From: Gammaproteobacteria bacterium
GTDB lineage: Bacteria > Pseudomonadota > Gammaproteobacteria > Thiohalobacterales > Thiohalobacteraceae
DNA length: 64,000 bases
Direction: 5' to 3'
Assembly: GCA_046260695.1 (NCBI GenBank)
Contig: JBHEOS010000002.1
Location: 13,822 to 77,821 of the forward strand
Below the pieces are notes generated by a model. It had not been told where the DNA came from. It did no database searches and worked only from the letters and a program-made list of their open reading frames with translations. Shown piece after piece: positions 21,000 to 31,182 of this stretch. The stretch's first letter is position 1, and each line of letters starts with the position of its first letter. The position numbers and the translations under genes are program-made.

Positions 21000-22760
21000 C
21001 TACATGCTGTCCGGTGCCGAGACGCCCAGCAGGCCGAGGCCGTTGGCGAGCACCTGACGGGTGGCCTGGATCAGGCTCAGGCGCGCGTTGCGCAGCGCGC
21101 CATCCTCGACCAGGAACTGATGGGCGTTGTAATAGGTGTGGAAGTCGTTGGCCAGTTCGCGCAGGTAATGGGCGAGCTGGTGCGGCTCGTGGTTGAGCGC
21201 CGCGTCCTCGACGATCTCGGGGTAGCGCGACAGGCCGACCATCAGCGCGGTCTCGTGCGATTCGGTGAGCCGTTGCAGGTGTGCGGTGCCCTCTGCGGCA
21301 TCCCAGCTCAGGCCCTTGTCGGCGAGCTGGCGCAGCACGCTCATCACGCGCGCGTGGGCGTACTGGATGTAGTAGACGGGATTGTCCGAGGACTGCGACT
21401 TGGCCAGATCCAGATCGAAATCCAGGTGCTGTTCGCACTTGCGCATCACGTAGAAGAACCGACAGGCGTCCTTGCCGACCTCCTGGCGCAGCTCGCGCAG
21501 GGTCACGAACTCGCCGGAGCGCGTGGACATCTGCGCACGCTCGCCGCCGCGGTAGAGGATCGCGAACTGTACCAGCAGCACATCGAGCTTGGCCGGGTCG
21601 TCGCCGATCGCGGCGAGCGCGGCCTTCACGCGCGGTACATAGCCGTGGTGGTCGGCGCCCCAGATGTCGATGACCCGCGAATAGCCGCGCTCCAGCTTGT
21701 TCATGTGGTAGGCGATGTCGGAGGCGAAATAGGTGGTCTGGCCGTTGTCGCGCACCACCACGCGGTCCTTTTCGTCGCCGTAGTCGGTGGAGCGGAACCA
21801 CAGCGCGCCGTCTTTCGCGTAGACATGGCCGCTGTCTTTCAGGCGATCCAGGGTGCGCGCGACCGTGCCGTCCTCGGTCAGTGAGCGCTCCGAGAACCAG
21901 GCGTCGTAGCTCACGCCGAACTCGGCCAGGTCGCGGCGGATGTCGTCAAGGATGGTGTCCAGGCCGAGATCGAACACCTCGCGGTAGCGCCCTGGGCCGA
22001 GCAGCGTGCGCGCGCGCGCGATCAGCGCGTCGATGTGCGTTTCCTTGTCGCCGCCGGCCGGCGCGTCGGCGGGGATGTCCTGGAATACCGCCTCGGCGGC
22101 ATGCCGCAACGCGTCGCCGTGGCTGCGGTGCAGGGTCGCGCCGATGTCCCAGACGTAATCGCCCTTGTAGCCGTTGCTCGGAAAGGTAAAGGCCTCGCCG
22201 CACAGCTCCAGATAGCGCAGGTAGACACTGGCGGCCAGGATGTCCATCTGCCGGCCGGCGTCGTTCACGTAGTACTCGCGGTGCACGCGGTAGCCGATGG
22301 CCTCGAGCAGATCGGCGACCGCCGCGCCGTAGGCCGCGCCGCGGCCGTGGCCGACGTGCAGCGGGCCGGTCGGGTTGGCGGAGACGAATTCAACCTGCAC
22401 GGAACGCCCGGCGCCCAGGTCGCTGCGCCCGTAGCGCGCGCCCGCCTCCAGCACCTCGCCGATCACCCGGTGATAGGCGGCGGGGGTGAGGTGGAAGTTG
22501 ATGAAGCCAGGCCCGGCGATCTCGACGCGGGCGACCTGCGCCGAGGCCGGGAGCGCGGCGACGATCTTTTCGGCGATCTCGCGCGGCTTGGCGCGCGCGG
22601 CCTTGGCCAGGGTCAGGGCCAGATTGCTGGCGAAGTCGCCGTGGGCGCGGTCGCGGGTGCGCTCGATCTGGGGGGCGATGTCGAGGTCCGCGGGCAGGCC
22701 GCCGCCGGCCTGAAGGCCGTGCACGGCGTCGGTCAGGAGCTGTTCGAGGCGCTGCTTCAT
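21000..22760 (-). CDS. argS: Arginine--tRNA ligase
   Basis: Class I signature [12 protein letters not shown], the QMSTRSG (KMSKS-like) motif and a DALR anticodon-binding C-terminus. Confidence 0.96.
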   Translation of the reverse strand: MKQRLEQLLTDAVHGLQAGGGLPADLDIAPQIERTRDRAHGDFASNLALTLAKAARAKPREIAEKIVAALPASAQVARVEIAGPGFINFHLTPAAYHRVIGEVLEAGARYGRSDLGAGRSVQVEFVSANPTGPLHVGHGRGAAYGAAVADLLEAIGYRVHREYYVNDAGRQMDILAASVYLRYLELCGEAFTFPSNGYKGDYVWDIGATLHRSHGDALRHAAEAVFQDIPADAPAGGDKETHIDALIARARTLLGPGRYREVFDLGLDTILDDIRRDLAEFGVSYDAWFSERSLTEDGTVARTLDRLKDSGHVYAKDGALWFRSTDYGDEKDRVVVRDNGQTTYFASDIAYHMNKLERGYSRVIDIWGADHHGYVPRVKAALAAIGDDPAKLDVLLVQFAILYRGGERAQMSTRSGEFVTLRELRQEVGKDACRFFYVMRKCEQHLDFDLDLAKSQSSDNPVYYIQYAHARVMSVLRQLADKGLSWDAAEGTAHLQRLTESHETALMVGLSRYPEIVEDAALNHEPHQLAHYLRELANDFHTYYNAHQFLVEDGALRNARLSLIQATRQVLANGLGLLGVSAPDSM

Positions 22761-22877
22761 GGGTGGTTTGCCGGGCTGAGGACGTCGCCCGGGAAACTGT
22801 CCAGGGGCTGCGCGAAGCCGGCTATTATCCCGGCTCCCCGGATTTGTGCAACCGACCCCAATGCGGGCCGTGGCGGG

Positions 22878-24515
22878 TTACTTTAGCTCGTCGTGGATGG
22901 ACGCGAAGCTGCGTGGCCAGGGTTTGCCCGCGCGCAGCGCGGTGGGCAGGGTGGCCACCGCGGCCCGCGCGGCCGCCCTGCTCGGGTAGTCGCCCTGGAC
23001 CAGTACATACCAGTCACCGCCCTTGAACACGGTGCGGAAATACGCGACCGGTCCGGGTGGGCTGTGCTCGGCCAGATACGCGTGCAGGGCGGCCTCGCTG
23101 CGTACTCCCAACAGCTGCAGGGTGAAATGCCCAGCCGGGCGGCTGCGCAACCAGTCCTCGCGCCGGGGGGCGTCCGCCGCCACGGCCGGGGCTTGCGGCG
23201 CAGGCGCGGTGGTCGGCAACGGGGCCGAGGGGGCGGGCTTCGCTGCCGGGACGGACGCGGTCTCTGGCGCGGACAGTGCGGTCTCCGGTGCGGACGGTTC
23301 GGGCTCCGGCGCGGACAGTGCGGTCTCCGGTGCGGACGGTTCGGGGGCCGGGACGGACGCGGTCTCCGCCGGGTCTTCCGCGGGTGTCGCGGCCAAGGCC
23401 TCGGGGAGGGCCGTCTCGGCAGGTGCCGGGGACGGCGGGGCGGGTGACTCGGCGGCCGGGGGCACCGCGGTCTCGGTCTCCGCCGCCGTGTCCTCACGGC
23501 GGGGCGGTAACTCGGCGGCGGGTTCGGGTACCGTCGGGGTCTCCGCAACCGGTTCGGGCGGCGGCGGGCGCAGGTGCAGCTCCCGCTCCGCGCGCGGCGG
23601 CGCTGCCGGGACCGGCACTGTCAGCTGGCTGGGGTGCGACAGGTACCAGCCGAGGGCTGCGAGGCCCAGGCCGGCGCCGAGCACGGCGGCCCAGCGCCGG
23701 CGCGCCGCCAGCGACGGGTCCGCGCCACCGGCGGCGATCCGCTCGGCGCGTTCCAGCAGGGCCTCGTGGGCCAGCAGGTTGAGCGGGCCAGGGCGGCCCC
23801 CGGCCGCCTTGTGCAGGGCGCGGATCTCGGTGAGGCTGAACGGGCTGTCCCCGGAATAGCCGGCGACGGCCAGGCGGTACATCAGGTAGGCGGCTGATTG
23901 CTGGACGTCGAACGGCGGGACCTCCAGGCTGTGCAGCAGCGGTCGCTGCGGGTCGTGGAGGCCGGCCTGGATCAGGCGCTGGTCCAGCCCAGGGGTGGCA
24001 AACAGCACGATCCTGACCTGCTTGAGCGTCTCCCGGGGCTCGCCGCCCAGCGTCAACAGAGTCTTCAGGGCGGCATCGGGCAGCCGCTGGGCATCGTCGA
24101 CCACGATCACCGGCAGCCGCGCGGTGTGTCGCAGCGCCTGGAAGTGCCGGTGCAGGGTGGCCACGAGGCGCTGCGGATCGCTCTGGAGGTCCTGCTCGAA
24201 GCCTGTGGCCAGCCGGGCCAGCAGCTCGTCGGGTTGGCCGATCTGCGCCGCGTCGATACGGCAGCAGCGCCAGGCGTTGTCGCCGTAGCCCATGAACTGT
24301 TGCAGCAGGGTGGTCTTGCCGCTGCCGTCGGGGCCGACGATGGCCAGCAGCATGTCGCCGAACTGGGTCAGGTGTCTCAACAGGTCCAGACGTTGGATCA
24401 GGGCCGGGTCGGCATAGAAGAACCGGTCATCGACCCGATCGAGGAACGGGGCCCGCTGCAAACCGAGGATGGCGAGATAACCGGGCTCCGTGGTGGGCCG
24501 TGCCGTTGTGTTCAC
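22878..24515 (-). CDS. ExeA-like AAA+ ATPase with TM segment, Pro-rich linker and C-terminal SPOR domain (DamX-position protein)
   Basis: N-terminal ExeA/MshM-type domain (GLQRAPF..., Walker A GPDGSGKTT, Walker B VIVVDDAQ), TM helix WAAVLGAGLGLAALGWYL, a P/A/E-rich repeat linker and a SPOR domain (FTLQLLGVRSE...WYVLVQGDY). Start set at GTG 24515 (AGGAG 5 nt upstream), forming a GTGA overlap with the upstream WGR gene stop. Confidence 0.8.
   Translation of the reverse strand: MNTTARPTTEPGYLAILGLQRAPFLDRVDDRFFYADPALIQRLDLLRHLTQFGDMLLAIVGPDGSGKTTLLQQFMGYGDNAWRCCRIDAAQIGQPDELLARLATGFEQDLQSDPQRLVATLHRHFQALRHTARLPVIVVDDAQRLPDAALKTLLTLGGEPRETLKQVRIVLFATPGLDQRLIQAGLHDPQRPLLHSLEVPPFDVQQSAAYLMYRLAVAGYSGDSPFSLTEIRALHKAAGGRPGPLNLLAHEALLERAERIAAGGADPSLAARRRWAAVLGAGLGLAALGWYLSHPSQLTVPVPAAPPRAERELHLRPPPPEPVAETPTVPEPAAELPPRREDTAAETETAVPPAAESPAPPSPAPAETALPEALAATPAEDPAETASVPAPEPSAPETALSAPEPEPSAPETALSAPETASVPAAKPAPSAPLPTTAPAPQAPAVAADAPRREDWLRSRPAGHFTLQLLGVRSEAALHAYLAEHSPPGPVAYFRTVFKGGDWYVLVQGDYPSRAAARAAVATLPTALRAGKPWPRSFASIHDELK
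23269..23352. repeat. In-frame 42-bp tandem duplication (x2) in the linker of the ExeA/SPOR gene
   Basis: GCGGACAGTGCGGTCTCCGGTGCGGACGGTTCGGG(C/G)(T/G)CCGG(C/G) occurs twice head-to-tail and is flanked by related ACGGACGCGGTCTC units. It encodes the repeated SAPETALSAPEPEP-type segment. Confidence 0.85.
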
Positions 24516-24763
24516 GGTTGCTCCTGTCCCTGAATGAAGACCATCCGGTAGCCGCGCCGCAGTTGCTCGTCGCGGGCCTTGAGCAGGGCCTGCTCGGCGT
24601 CCTCGCGACAGCCGAAATGCGCCTTCACGACCCGCCCTCCGCTGCCCTGATGCCCCCACTCGCGAACCAGGGTCCAGCCTTCGAGGAGGTCTTCCTGCAA
24701 GTGCAGGTGATAGTAGCGGGGCGCGCCATCGTCACCCACCGGTGTCTGCATGTAGATGCGCAT
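24512..24763 (-). CDS. Small WGR domain-containing protein (83 aa)
   Basis: RYYHLHLQEDLLEGWTLVREWGHQGSGGRVVKAHF..EDAEQALLKARDEQLRRGY fits the stand-alone bacterial WGR fold pattern (WGR/WGH motif and terminal ..RGY). Its stop overlaps the downstream GTG (GTGA). There is an alternative ATG at 24751. Confidence 0.75.
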   Translation of the reverse strand: MRIYMQTPVGDDGAPRYYHLHLQEDLLEGWTLVREWGHQGSGGRVVKAHFGCREDAEQALLKARDEQLRRGYRMVFIQGQEQP

Positions 24764-24813
24764 GGCCGGTCAGCACCCCGCGCCCGCGGCGGACAGTGCG
24801 TGCCCGCGGGCCA

Positions 24814-26004
24814 TCAGGTCAGTTCCTTGGGATTGTAGACCCGCTCGTATTCGCCGATCGCATAGCGGTCGGTCATGCCGGCGATGTAGTCGGCCACGCC
24901 GCGGGCCCGTCCCTCTGCCCCGGCGGTGGTCTCCAGGCGCTGGCAGTGCGCGCGGGCCTCGTCCGGCAGCAGGCGCAGGTCGGTATTGAAGGCGTCGAAC
25001 AGCGCGCTGATCACGCGCGCGGCCTTGGTGGTCATCCGGTACACGCGGTAATGCTGGTACAGCCGGGTGCGCAGAAAGCGTTTCAATTCCTGGTTCTGTT
25101 CGCGCATCGCGTCGCTGTAACGGATCAGCGGCCCCGGCTGCTGGCGTACCCCCGTGATGTCCGTCGGCGCGGCCTCGCGCAGCCCGGCCAGGCTGGTCTC
25201 GATCAAATCCACGACCTGCCGGTTGATCATGCGCCGGACCACCTCGTGGATGCTTCTGCGCACGGAGAGGTCGGGGTAGGCGCGCTGGACCTCGGCGTGT
25301 TGCTCGGCGAACAGCCGGATCTCGCCGAGTTCCTCGATCTCGATCAGGCGCGCGCGCAGGCCGTCGTCGACATCGTGGCTGTTGTAGGCGATCTCGTCGG
25401 CCAGGTTGGTGAGCTGCGCCTCAAGCGTGGGCTGGGAGTGGTCGAGGAAACGCTGGCCGAGCTCGCCCAGCAGCCGGGCGTTGGCCAGGGAACAGTGCTT
25501 CAGGATGCCCTCACGGGTCTCGAAGGTGAGATTGAGCCCGCTGAATTCCGCATAGCGTTCTTCGAGTTCATCGACCACGCGCAGGGATTGCAGGTTGTGC
25601 TCGAAACCGCCATACGGCTTCATGCAGGCGTTCAACGCGTCCTGCCCGGCGTGCCCGAACGGGGTGTGGCCGAGGTCGTGGGCCAGGGCGATGGCCTCGG
25701 TCAGGTCTTCGTTCAGGCGCAGGGCGCGGGCGATGGAACGGGCGATCTGCGCGACCTCGATGGAATGCGTCAGGCGGGTGCGGAACAGGTCGCCCTCGTG
25801 ATTCACGAACACCTGGGTCTTGTATTCCAGACGGCGGAAGGCCGCGGAATGGATGATGCGGTCGCGGTCGCGCTGGAATTCACTGCGGTAGGCGGGCGTG
25901 GGTTCCGGGTGACGCCGCCCGCGCGAGTTGGTGTCGCTGGCGGCGTAGGCGGCGAGCGCCGCGGGGGGCGGGGTCATGCCGGGGGTGTCTCGCAAGCCGC
26001 TCAC
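24814..26004 (-). CDS. Deoxyguanosinetriphosphate triphosphohydrolase-like HD-domain protein
   Basis: [24 protein letters not shown] motif [11 protein letters not shown]...[11 protein letters not shown], and a C-terminal MTDRYA. GTG 26004 overlaps the aroB stop (GTGA). There is an alternative ATG at 25977. Confidence 0.9.
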   Translation of the reverse strand: MSGLRDTPGMTPPPAALAAYAASDTNSRGRRHPEPTPAYRSEFQRDRDRIIHSAAFRRLEYKTQVFVNHEGDLFRTRLTHSIEVAQIARSIARALRLNEDLTEAIALAHDLGHTPFGHAGQDALNACMKPYGGFEHNLQSLRVVDELEERYAEFSGLNLTFETREGILKHCSLANARLLGELGQRFLDHSQPTLEAQLTNLADEIAYNSHDVDDGLRARLIEIEELGEIRLFAEQHAEVQRAYPDLSVRRSIHEVVRRMINRQVVDLIETSLAGLREAAPTDITGVRQQPGPLIRYSDAMREQNQELKRFLRTRLYQHYRVYRMTTKAARVISALFDAFNTDLRLLPDEARAHCQRLETTAGAEGRARGVADYIAGMTDRYAIGEYERVYNPKELT

Positions 26005-27092
26005 GCGCGCGCGCCGGCGTGCGCCGCGTCCAGGGTTGCGCGCAGCAGGCGGGGGTCGAAGGCGTCGGTCACCACGGCCGTGCCGAGGGCCTTGAGCAGC
26101 ACCAGGCGCAGGCCGCCGTCGAGGACCTTTTTGTCCACGGCCATCAGCTCCAGGAACCGCGCACTGTCCATCGCGGGGGGGATGGCGGTCGGCAGGCGCG
26201 CGCGTTCCAGCAGCCGGGCGATGCGCTCGACCTGCGCGCCGGCCAGCCAGCCCAGGCGCGCCGACAGCTCCGCGGCCAGCAGCATGCCCACCGCCACGGC
26301 TTCACCGTGCAGCCAGGTGCCGTAGCCCATGCCGGTTTCGATCGCGTGGCCGAAGGTGTGGCCGAGATTCAGCAGGGCGCGCTGGCCGCTCTCGCGCTCG
26401 TCGGCCGCCACCACCTCGGCCTTATTCTGGCAGGAACGCTCGATGGCCTGGGCCAGCACCTCGGGGTCGCGCGCGGTCAGACGCTGCATGTTGTCCTCCA
26501 GCCAGGCGAAGAAGTCCGGATCGCGGATCAGCCCGTATTTGATCACCTCGGCCAGCCCCGCGGCCACTTCGCGCTCGGGCAGGGTGCCGAGCGTGTCGGT
26601 GTCGATCAGCACGGCATTGGGCTGATGAAAGGCGCCGATCATGTTCTTGCCGAGTCGGTGGTTCACGCCGGTCTTGCCGCCGACCGAGGAATCCACCTGC
26701 GACAGCAGGGTGGTAGGCACCTGGATGAACTCCACGCCGCGCTGGTAACTGGCCGCGGCGAAGCCGCCGATGTCGCCGACCACGCCGCCGCCCAGGGCGA
26801 TCAGGGTGCAGCGCCGGTTGAAGCGGTTTTCCAGCAGCGCATCGAAGATCAGGTTCAGGGTGTCGAGGGTCTTGTAGGCCTCGCCGTCGGGCAGGGCGAT
26901 GGCCTTGAGTGTGTAATCACCCAACGCCTCGCCGAGCCGATCGAGGTACAGGGGCGCCACGGTGGTGTTGCTGACCACCAGCACCTGCCGCCCGTGGATA
27001 TGCGCTCGCAGCAGGTCCGGTTGGCCGAGCAGTTGGCGGCCGATGTAGATCGGGTAACTGCGGGCGCCGAGGTCGAGTTTCAGGGTGCGCAT
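26001..27092 (-). CDS. aroB: 3-dehydroquinate synthase
   Basis: Motifs [31 protein letters not shown] and HGEAVAVGM. Start moved to ATG 27092 (MRTLKLDLG..). Confidence 0.95.
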   Translation of the reverse strand: MRTLKLDLGARSYPIYIGRQLLGQPDLLRAHIHGRQVLVVSNTTVAPLYLDRLGEALGDYTLKAIALPDGEAYKTLDTLNLIFDALLENRFNRRCTLIALGGGVVGDIGGFAAASYQRGVEFIQVPTTLLSQVDSSVGGKTGVNHRLGKNMIGAFHQPNAVLIDTDTLGTLPEREVAAGLAEVIKYGLIRDPDFFAWLEDNMQRLTARDPEVLAQAIERSCQNKAEVVAADERESGQRALLNLGHTFGHAIETGMGYGTWLHGEAVAVGMLLAAELSARLGWLAGAQVERIARLLERARLPTAIPPAMDSARFLELMAVDKKVLDGGLRLVLLKALGTAVVTDAFDPRLLRATLDAAHAGARA

Positions 27093-27188
27093 CGGGGTTC
27101 CTGCTGCGGAAGAGGGTTGGCACAAGGCGCCGAGGATAGTAAAGAATCGGCGGGCCGGGCAAAAGGCCCGACGTCGGCCTGGAGAATA

Positions 27189-27752
27189 CTACGGTGCCGG
27201 CACGCGGGCGCGGGCCTTGCCGCGCGGGGGGCGGAGGCTGCGCAGGATCTGCTGGACGACATCGCGGGCCGTGCGCTGGTCGGTTGGCACGATCAGATCG
27301 GCGATCTCGCGATACAGCGGGTCGCGCACCGCCAGCAATTCTTCCAGGCGGCGGCGTGGGTCCTCGGTCTGGAGCAGTGGCCGGTTGCGATCGCGGCCGG
27401 TGCGTGCGAGCTGCTGGTCCACGGAGGTCTCCAGGTAGACCACGACACCGCGCTCGGCCAGATGCCGGCGGTTGTCCGGATCGAGGATGGCCCCGCCGCC
27501 GGTGGCGAGCACGCTGTCGGGCAATTGAGTCAGCGCATCGATGACCCCGCGCTCGCGCGCGCGGAAGCCCGTCTCACCCTCGAGCTCGAAGATCAGCGGG
27601 ATGTCGACGCCGGTGCGCAGCTCGATCTCGCGATCGCTGTCGTGAAAGTGACGCTTGAGTTGGCGCGCGAGTTGGCGCCCGATGGTGGTCTTGCCGGCCC
27701 CCATGGGACCGACCAGAAATAAATTGCCCGGCATGCTGCTCATGCCGGGCAT
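27189..27752 (-). CDS. aroK: Shikimate kinase
   Basis: Motif [19 protein letters not shown]. Three in-frame ATGs (27752, 27743, 27734) make the exact start uncertain. Confidence 0.92.
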   Translation of the reverse strand: MPGMSSMPGNLFLVGPMGAGKTTIGRQLARQLKRHFHDSDREIELRTGVDIPLIFELEGETGFRARERGVIDALTQLPDSVLATGGGAILDPDNRRHLAERGVVVYLETSVDQQLARTGRDRNRPLLQTEDPRRRLEELLAVRDPLYREIADLIVPTDQRTARDVVQQILRSLRPPRGKARARVPAP

Positions 27753-27795
27753 GGTATGCCAGAAAGGCCGGCGGTCTACAAGCCGCGGCGGCGGA

Positions 27796-29958
27796 TCAGT
27801 TTGCCGCGAGGTTGTCCTTGAGGATCCGCGGCGTGACGAAGATCAGCAGCTCCGACTTGCTGTTGCTGTTGCGGGTCTGGCGGAAGGCCGCGCCGATGCC
27901 CGGCAGATCCCCCAGGAACGGGATCTTGTCCACCCCCTTGAGGGTCTTCTGGATATAGATGCCGCCGAGCACCGCGGTCTCGCCGTTGTCGACCAGTACC
28001 TGGGTCTCCACCGCGCGGGTGTCGATGCTGGGCACATTGTTGAAGACCTGGCCGACGGTGTCCTGGCTGACCGACAGGTCCATGATGACCCGGTTGTCCG
28101 GAGTGATCTGCGGCGTGACCCGCAATGCCAGGACCGCCTCTTTGAAACTGACCGTGGTCGCGCCGCTGGAGGAGGCCTCCTGGTAGGGGATCTCCACGCC
28201 GTCACGGATCACCGCCTCTCTCTGGTTGGCGGTGATCACCCGCGGGCTGGAGATGACCTCGCCCTTGCCCTCGGCCTGCATCGCCGACAGTTCCAGGCGC
28301 AGCAGATCCTTGCCTATGCGGCCGATCACGAAGTTGATTGCGCCCATCGGGTTGCCGACGCGCAGGTCGGTCAGCAGGGCGTCGGCCTCGGAGCCCGGGG
28401 GGTTTTCGATACCGGTGGGATAGTAATCCGGATTCCAGACGACATCGCCCGGTAGACCGCCGGCGAGGAGGCGGGTGGTGCTGGAGCCGTGCTGTTGGGC
28501 GCTGTTACCGCCGAGGCGCACGCCGATCTCGCGGGCAAAATCGTCGCTGGCGATCACGATGCGCGACTCGATCAACACCTGCCGCACCGGGATGTCCAGG
28601 GCGCTGACCAGCCGGCGCACGTCGGCGAGTTTGTCCGCCGTGTCGCGCACCAGCAGGGTATTGGTGCGCTGGTCGATGGTCACGGAACCGCGTTCCGAGA
28701 GCACGGAGTTCGCATCCTTGCCCTTGATCAGCTCGGCGAGCTCCGAAGCCTTGGCGTAATTGACCTGGATGAATTCCGAATAGGTCGGGGCGAGTTCCTC
28801 GACCTGCTTCAGGGATTCCAGCTCCAGTTTCTCGCGCGCGGCGATCTCCTCGCTGGGCGCGACCAGGATCACCTCGTTGTTCTTGCGCATGGCCAGGCCC
28901 TTGGTCTTGAGCACGATGTCCAGGGCCTGATCCCAGGGTACGTTCTGCAGGCGCAGGGTCAGGCTGCCGGTGACCGTGTCGCTGACCACGATGTTGGTGC
29001 CGGTGAAGTCGGCAATCAGTTGCAATACCGAGCGCACCTCGATGTCCTGGAAGTTCAGCGACAAGCGCTCGCCGGAATAGCCGAGCTGTTCGCGGCGACG
29101 CAGTTCCTGCTGTTCCTTGGTAGTGGGCTTGATCTCGACCGTATAGGTGGTGTCGGTCTGATAGGCGACGTGGTCATATTCGCCGATCGGGACGATCACC
29201 ATGCGTACGTTCCGGCCCTTGCTGAAGGTGTCGATCGTCTTCACGGGGGTGGCGAAATCCGTGACATCCAGGCGCCGCTCGAGTGCCTCGGGCAGGCCGA
29301 CGTTATAGAACTCGAGCACCACCTGGCCGGCCTCCTGGCGCATGTCGACCGCGGTGCTGGCGCTGGGCAGGGCGACCACGATGCGGCCCTCGCCCTGGTC
29401 GCCGCGGCGGAAATCCACGTTGCGGAGATCATTGCCGCTGAGGGCGTGGGCCGGCGACGACGGGCTGCCGCTGGCGGATCTGCCCGCGGCGACGCCGGCG
29501 GTGCCGGTGGTGTCTTGCAGCGTGACCACGATCAGATTGCCGTCCGCGCGGGTCTCGTAGGGCGCCATCTGCACCAGATTCAGCACCACCCGGGTGCGCC
29601 CCTGGGCCTCGACCGCGGTCAGGCTCTTGGCCAGGCCGACACCGATGGGCTGGGGGGCCTTGCCGAGGCCGTTGCGGGTGCCGGGCAGGTCCAGGGCGAT
29701 ACGCGCCGGGTTGTCGATGGTGAAGCTCAGCGGGTTTTCCGCCGGCTCGCGCATCTTCAGTACGATCTGCACCTTGTTGCCTGGCAGCGCCCCCACGTCG
29801 AAGCCTTCCAGGACATTCTCGGCCACGGCCGCCTGCGCGGTCAGGAAGCACCCGGCGAGCAGGGCCAGCATCCGGCGGGCGAACGCGGTCCCGCCGGCCG
29901 TGCCCCTTACGGGCGACGCGGTGGTGGAATAGGTGTTGGTAATGCTTGAACTGATCAT
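27796..29958 (-). CDS. pilQ: Type IV pilus secretin PilQ
   Basis: N-terminal AMIN-type repeats, secretin N domains and the C-terminal secretin core (VLGGIY..., [14 protein letters not shown]). ATG 29958 is preferred (GGGAG 8 nt upstream). The ORF-track start is 29976. Confidence 0.92.
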   Translation of the reverse strand: MISSSITNTYSTTASPVRGTAGGTAFARRMLALLAGCFLTAQAAVAENVLEGFDVGALPGNKVQIVLKMREPAENPLSFTIDNPARIALDLPGTRNGLGKAPQPIGVGLAKSLTAVEAQGRTRVVLNLVQMAPYETRADGNLIVVTLQDTTGTAGVAAGRSASGSPSSPAHALSGNDLRNVDFRRGDQGEGRIVVALPSASTAVDMRQEAGQVVLEFYNVGLPEALERRLDVTDFATPVKTIDTFSKGRNVRMVIVPIGEYDHVAYQTDTTYTVEIKPTTKEQQELRRREQLGYSGERLSLNFQDIEVRSVLQLIADFTGTNIVVSDTVTGSLTLRLQNVPWDQALDIVLKTKGLAMRKNNEVILVAPSEEIAAREKLELESLKQVEELAPTYSEFIQVNYAKASELAELIKGKDANSVLSERGSVTIDQRTNTLLVRDTADKLADVRRLVSALDIPVRQVLIESRIVIASDDFAREIGVRLGGNSAQQHGSSTTRLLAGGLPGDVVWNPDYYPTGIENPPGSEADALLTDLRVGNPMGAINFVIGRIGKDLLRLELSAMQAEGKGEVISSPRVITANQREAVIRDGVEIPYQEASSSGATTVSFKEAVLALRVTPQITPDNRVIMDLSVSQDTVGQVFNNVPSIDTRAVETQVLVDNGETAVLGGIYIQKTLKGVDKIPFLGDLPGIGAAFRQTRNSNSKSELLIFVTPRILKDNLAAN

Positions 29959-29980
29959 GTCTTTAGCTCCCCCCATGGGA

Positions 29981-30526
29981 TCATTCGCTGAGCGCGAGCG
30001 AGGCCGGGCGTTCCATCCAGCCTCCTAGCCCATCCGGTACGATTTCCAAAACGCCGATTTCAAATTCCGAAATATTTCTGACCTTGCCGTGGTTCTGGCC
30101 CAGGTAATTGCCGGGCTGTATCCGGTGAATGGTGCCGTCTGAAGCAAGTACCAGTCCCCAGGATTCGCCGTGTTGGCTCAGCGTGCCGACCATGCGCAAG
30201 GTGTCGAGCGGGAAGGACTCCAGCGCTTCGCGCGGCCGGTTGGCATCGGGATGCAGCTTGCTGCTGGAGTTGCCGGCCAGGAGTTGCTCGGCCTGACCGG
30301 GTTCACTCGCAACGAACGGGTTGCGCAGATCGCTTGCCTGATACAGGAAGGTCTCATACGGCTTGAATTCCGGCAGCGGCTCGATCTTGGTCGGCTGGCG
30401 CGCGCGCGCCTCTTCGACGAAGCGCTGTAGGTCCTGGGTGTTGCCGCCGCCGCAACCGCCCAGGCTCAGTCCCAAGGCGAGCCAGCAGGCGGCGGACACA
30501 TGTTTAATGGCGCGGTGCGACATCAC
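29981..30526 (-). CDS. pilP: Type IV pilus assembly lipoprotein PilP
   Basis: Lipobox LSLGGC, a conserved PilP body (RNPF..., LRMVGTL...GLV..DG.IHR...G.YLGQNHGKV) and position between pilO and pilQ. The start is GTG 30526 or ATG 30523, overlapping the pilO stop. Confidence 0.87.
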   Translation of the reverse strand: MMSHRAIKHVSAACWLALGLSLGGCGGGNTQDLQRFVEEARARQPTKIEPLPEFKPYETFLYQASDLRNPFVASEPGQAEQLLAGNSSSKLHPDANRPREALESFPLDTLRMVGTLSQHGESWGLVLASDGTIHRIQPGNYLGQNHGKVRNISEFEIGVLEIVPDGLGGWMERPASLALSE

Positions 30527-31182
30527 GGCTTGCCTCCTGTCTTGCCTTTCTTGGCCTCGGCCGGTTTGGGGCTGGCGCTGGCCTGCTCTTCCTCGTCCAG
30601 GTACCGGTAGGTCTTGGCGACCAGTTCCATGGTCAAGTCGCCGCTGCTGGCGTCCTTGGCCGGGGGGGTGATCGCGATGTCGTGGACGGTCACGATGCGG
30701 GGCAGGGCCGCGACCCCGCTGATGAAGGCGCCGAACTCGTGATACGTGCCGCGGACCTTGATGTTGATTGGCAACTCGGCATAGAAATCGCGCGGGGCTT
30801 CCGCACCCGGCTTGAACAGATCGAATTCCAGGCCGCTGGCCAGACCGGTCTGCGAGACGTCGACCAGCAGATCGGCGACCTCGGTCTTGTTGGGCAGTTG
30901 CCGCAGCATGGTGCCGAAGGACTGCCGCATTTCTTCCAGCTGCTGCTCATAGGCCTCGAGATTCGCGGCCTTGCGGGCCTTGGTCTCGAATTCGGTCTTC
31001 AGTTCGACTTCTTGCTTCTCCGCCTGGGCCAGCCGCAACTGCTGATCCTTGATGTCGAACCAGTAGCCGAGGCCCACCACGGTGGCCGCAATCAAGACGA
31101 TCGCCGTAGCGCGTGCCGCCGGCGGCCAGTTGGCGATATTGCTGAAGTCCAGCTCGTTGAGATTGATCTCTGAGAGGTTCAC
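30523..31182 (-). CDS. pilO: Type IV pilus assembly protein PilO
   Basis: Begins at GTG 31182 (VNLSEINLNELDFSNIANWP), which overlaps the pilN stop as GTGA. It has a TM helix, a coiled coil and the PilO C-domain. The rest of ORF 30523..31725 is a shadow over pilN. Confidence 0.88.
   Translation of the reverse strand: MNLSEINLNELDFSNIANWPPAARATAIVLIAATVVGLGYWFDIKDQQLRLAQAEKQEVELKTEFETKARKAANLEAYEQQLEEMRQSFGTMLRQLPNKTEVADLLVDVSQTGLASGLEFDLFKPGAEAPRDFYAELPINIKVRGTYHEFGAFISGVAALPRIVTVHDIAITPPAKDASSGDLTMELVAKTYRYLDEEEQASASPKPAEAKKGKTGGKP

Noticed and set aside
23251-23370. Regularly spaced near-identical repeats that could superficially suggest a CRISPR array.
   Set aside because: There are only two 42-bp units, directly abutting without spacers. 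They are in frame inside a coding Pro/Ala/Glu linker, and no cas genes lie in the window.
24814-26004. The dGTPase-like gene as a stand-alone anti-phage nucleotide-depletion defence gene.
   Set aside because: It is embedded by a stop/start overlap in a housekeeping operon, with no neighbouring defence or mobile genes. Sequence alone cannot separate housekeeping from defensive clades, so it is kept only as a low-interest context oddity.
30662-30668. A G7 (C7 on the coding strand) homopolymer inside pilO, and a similar G7 in aroB (~26175-26181), as possible phase-variation tracts.
   Set aside because: Runs of 6-7 G/C are expected by chance at this base composition and encode ordinary Pro-Pro or Gly codons. 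There is no evidence of frame ambiguity.
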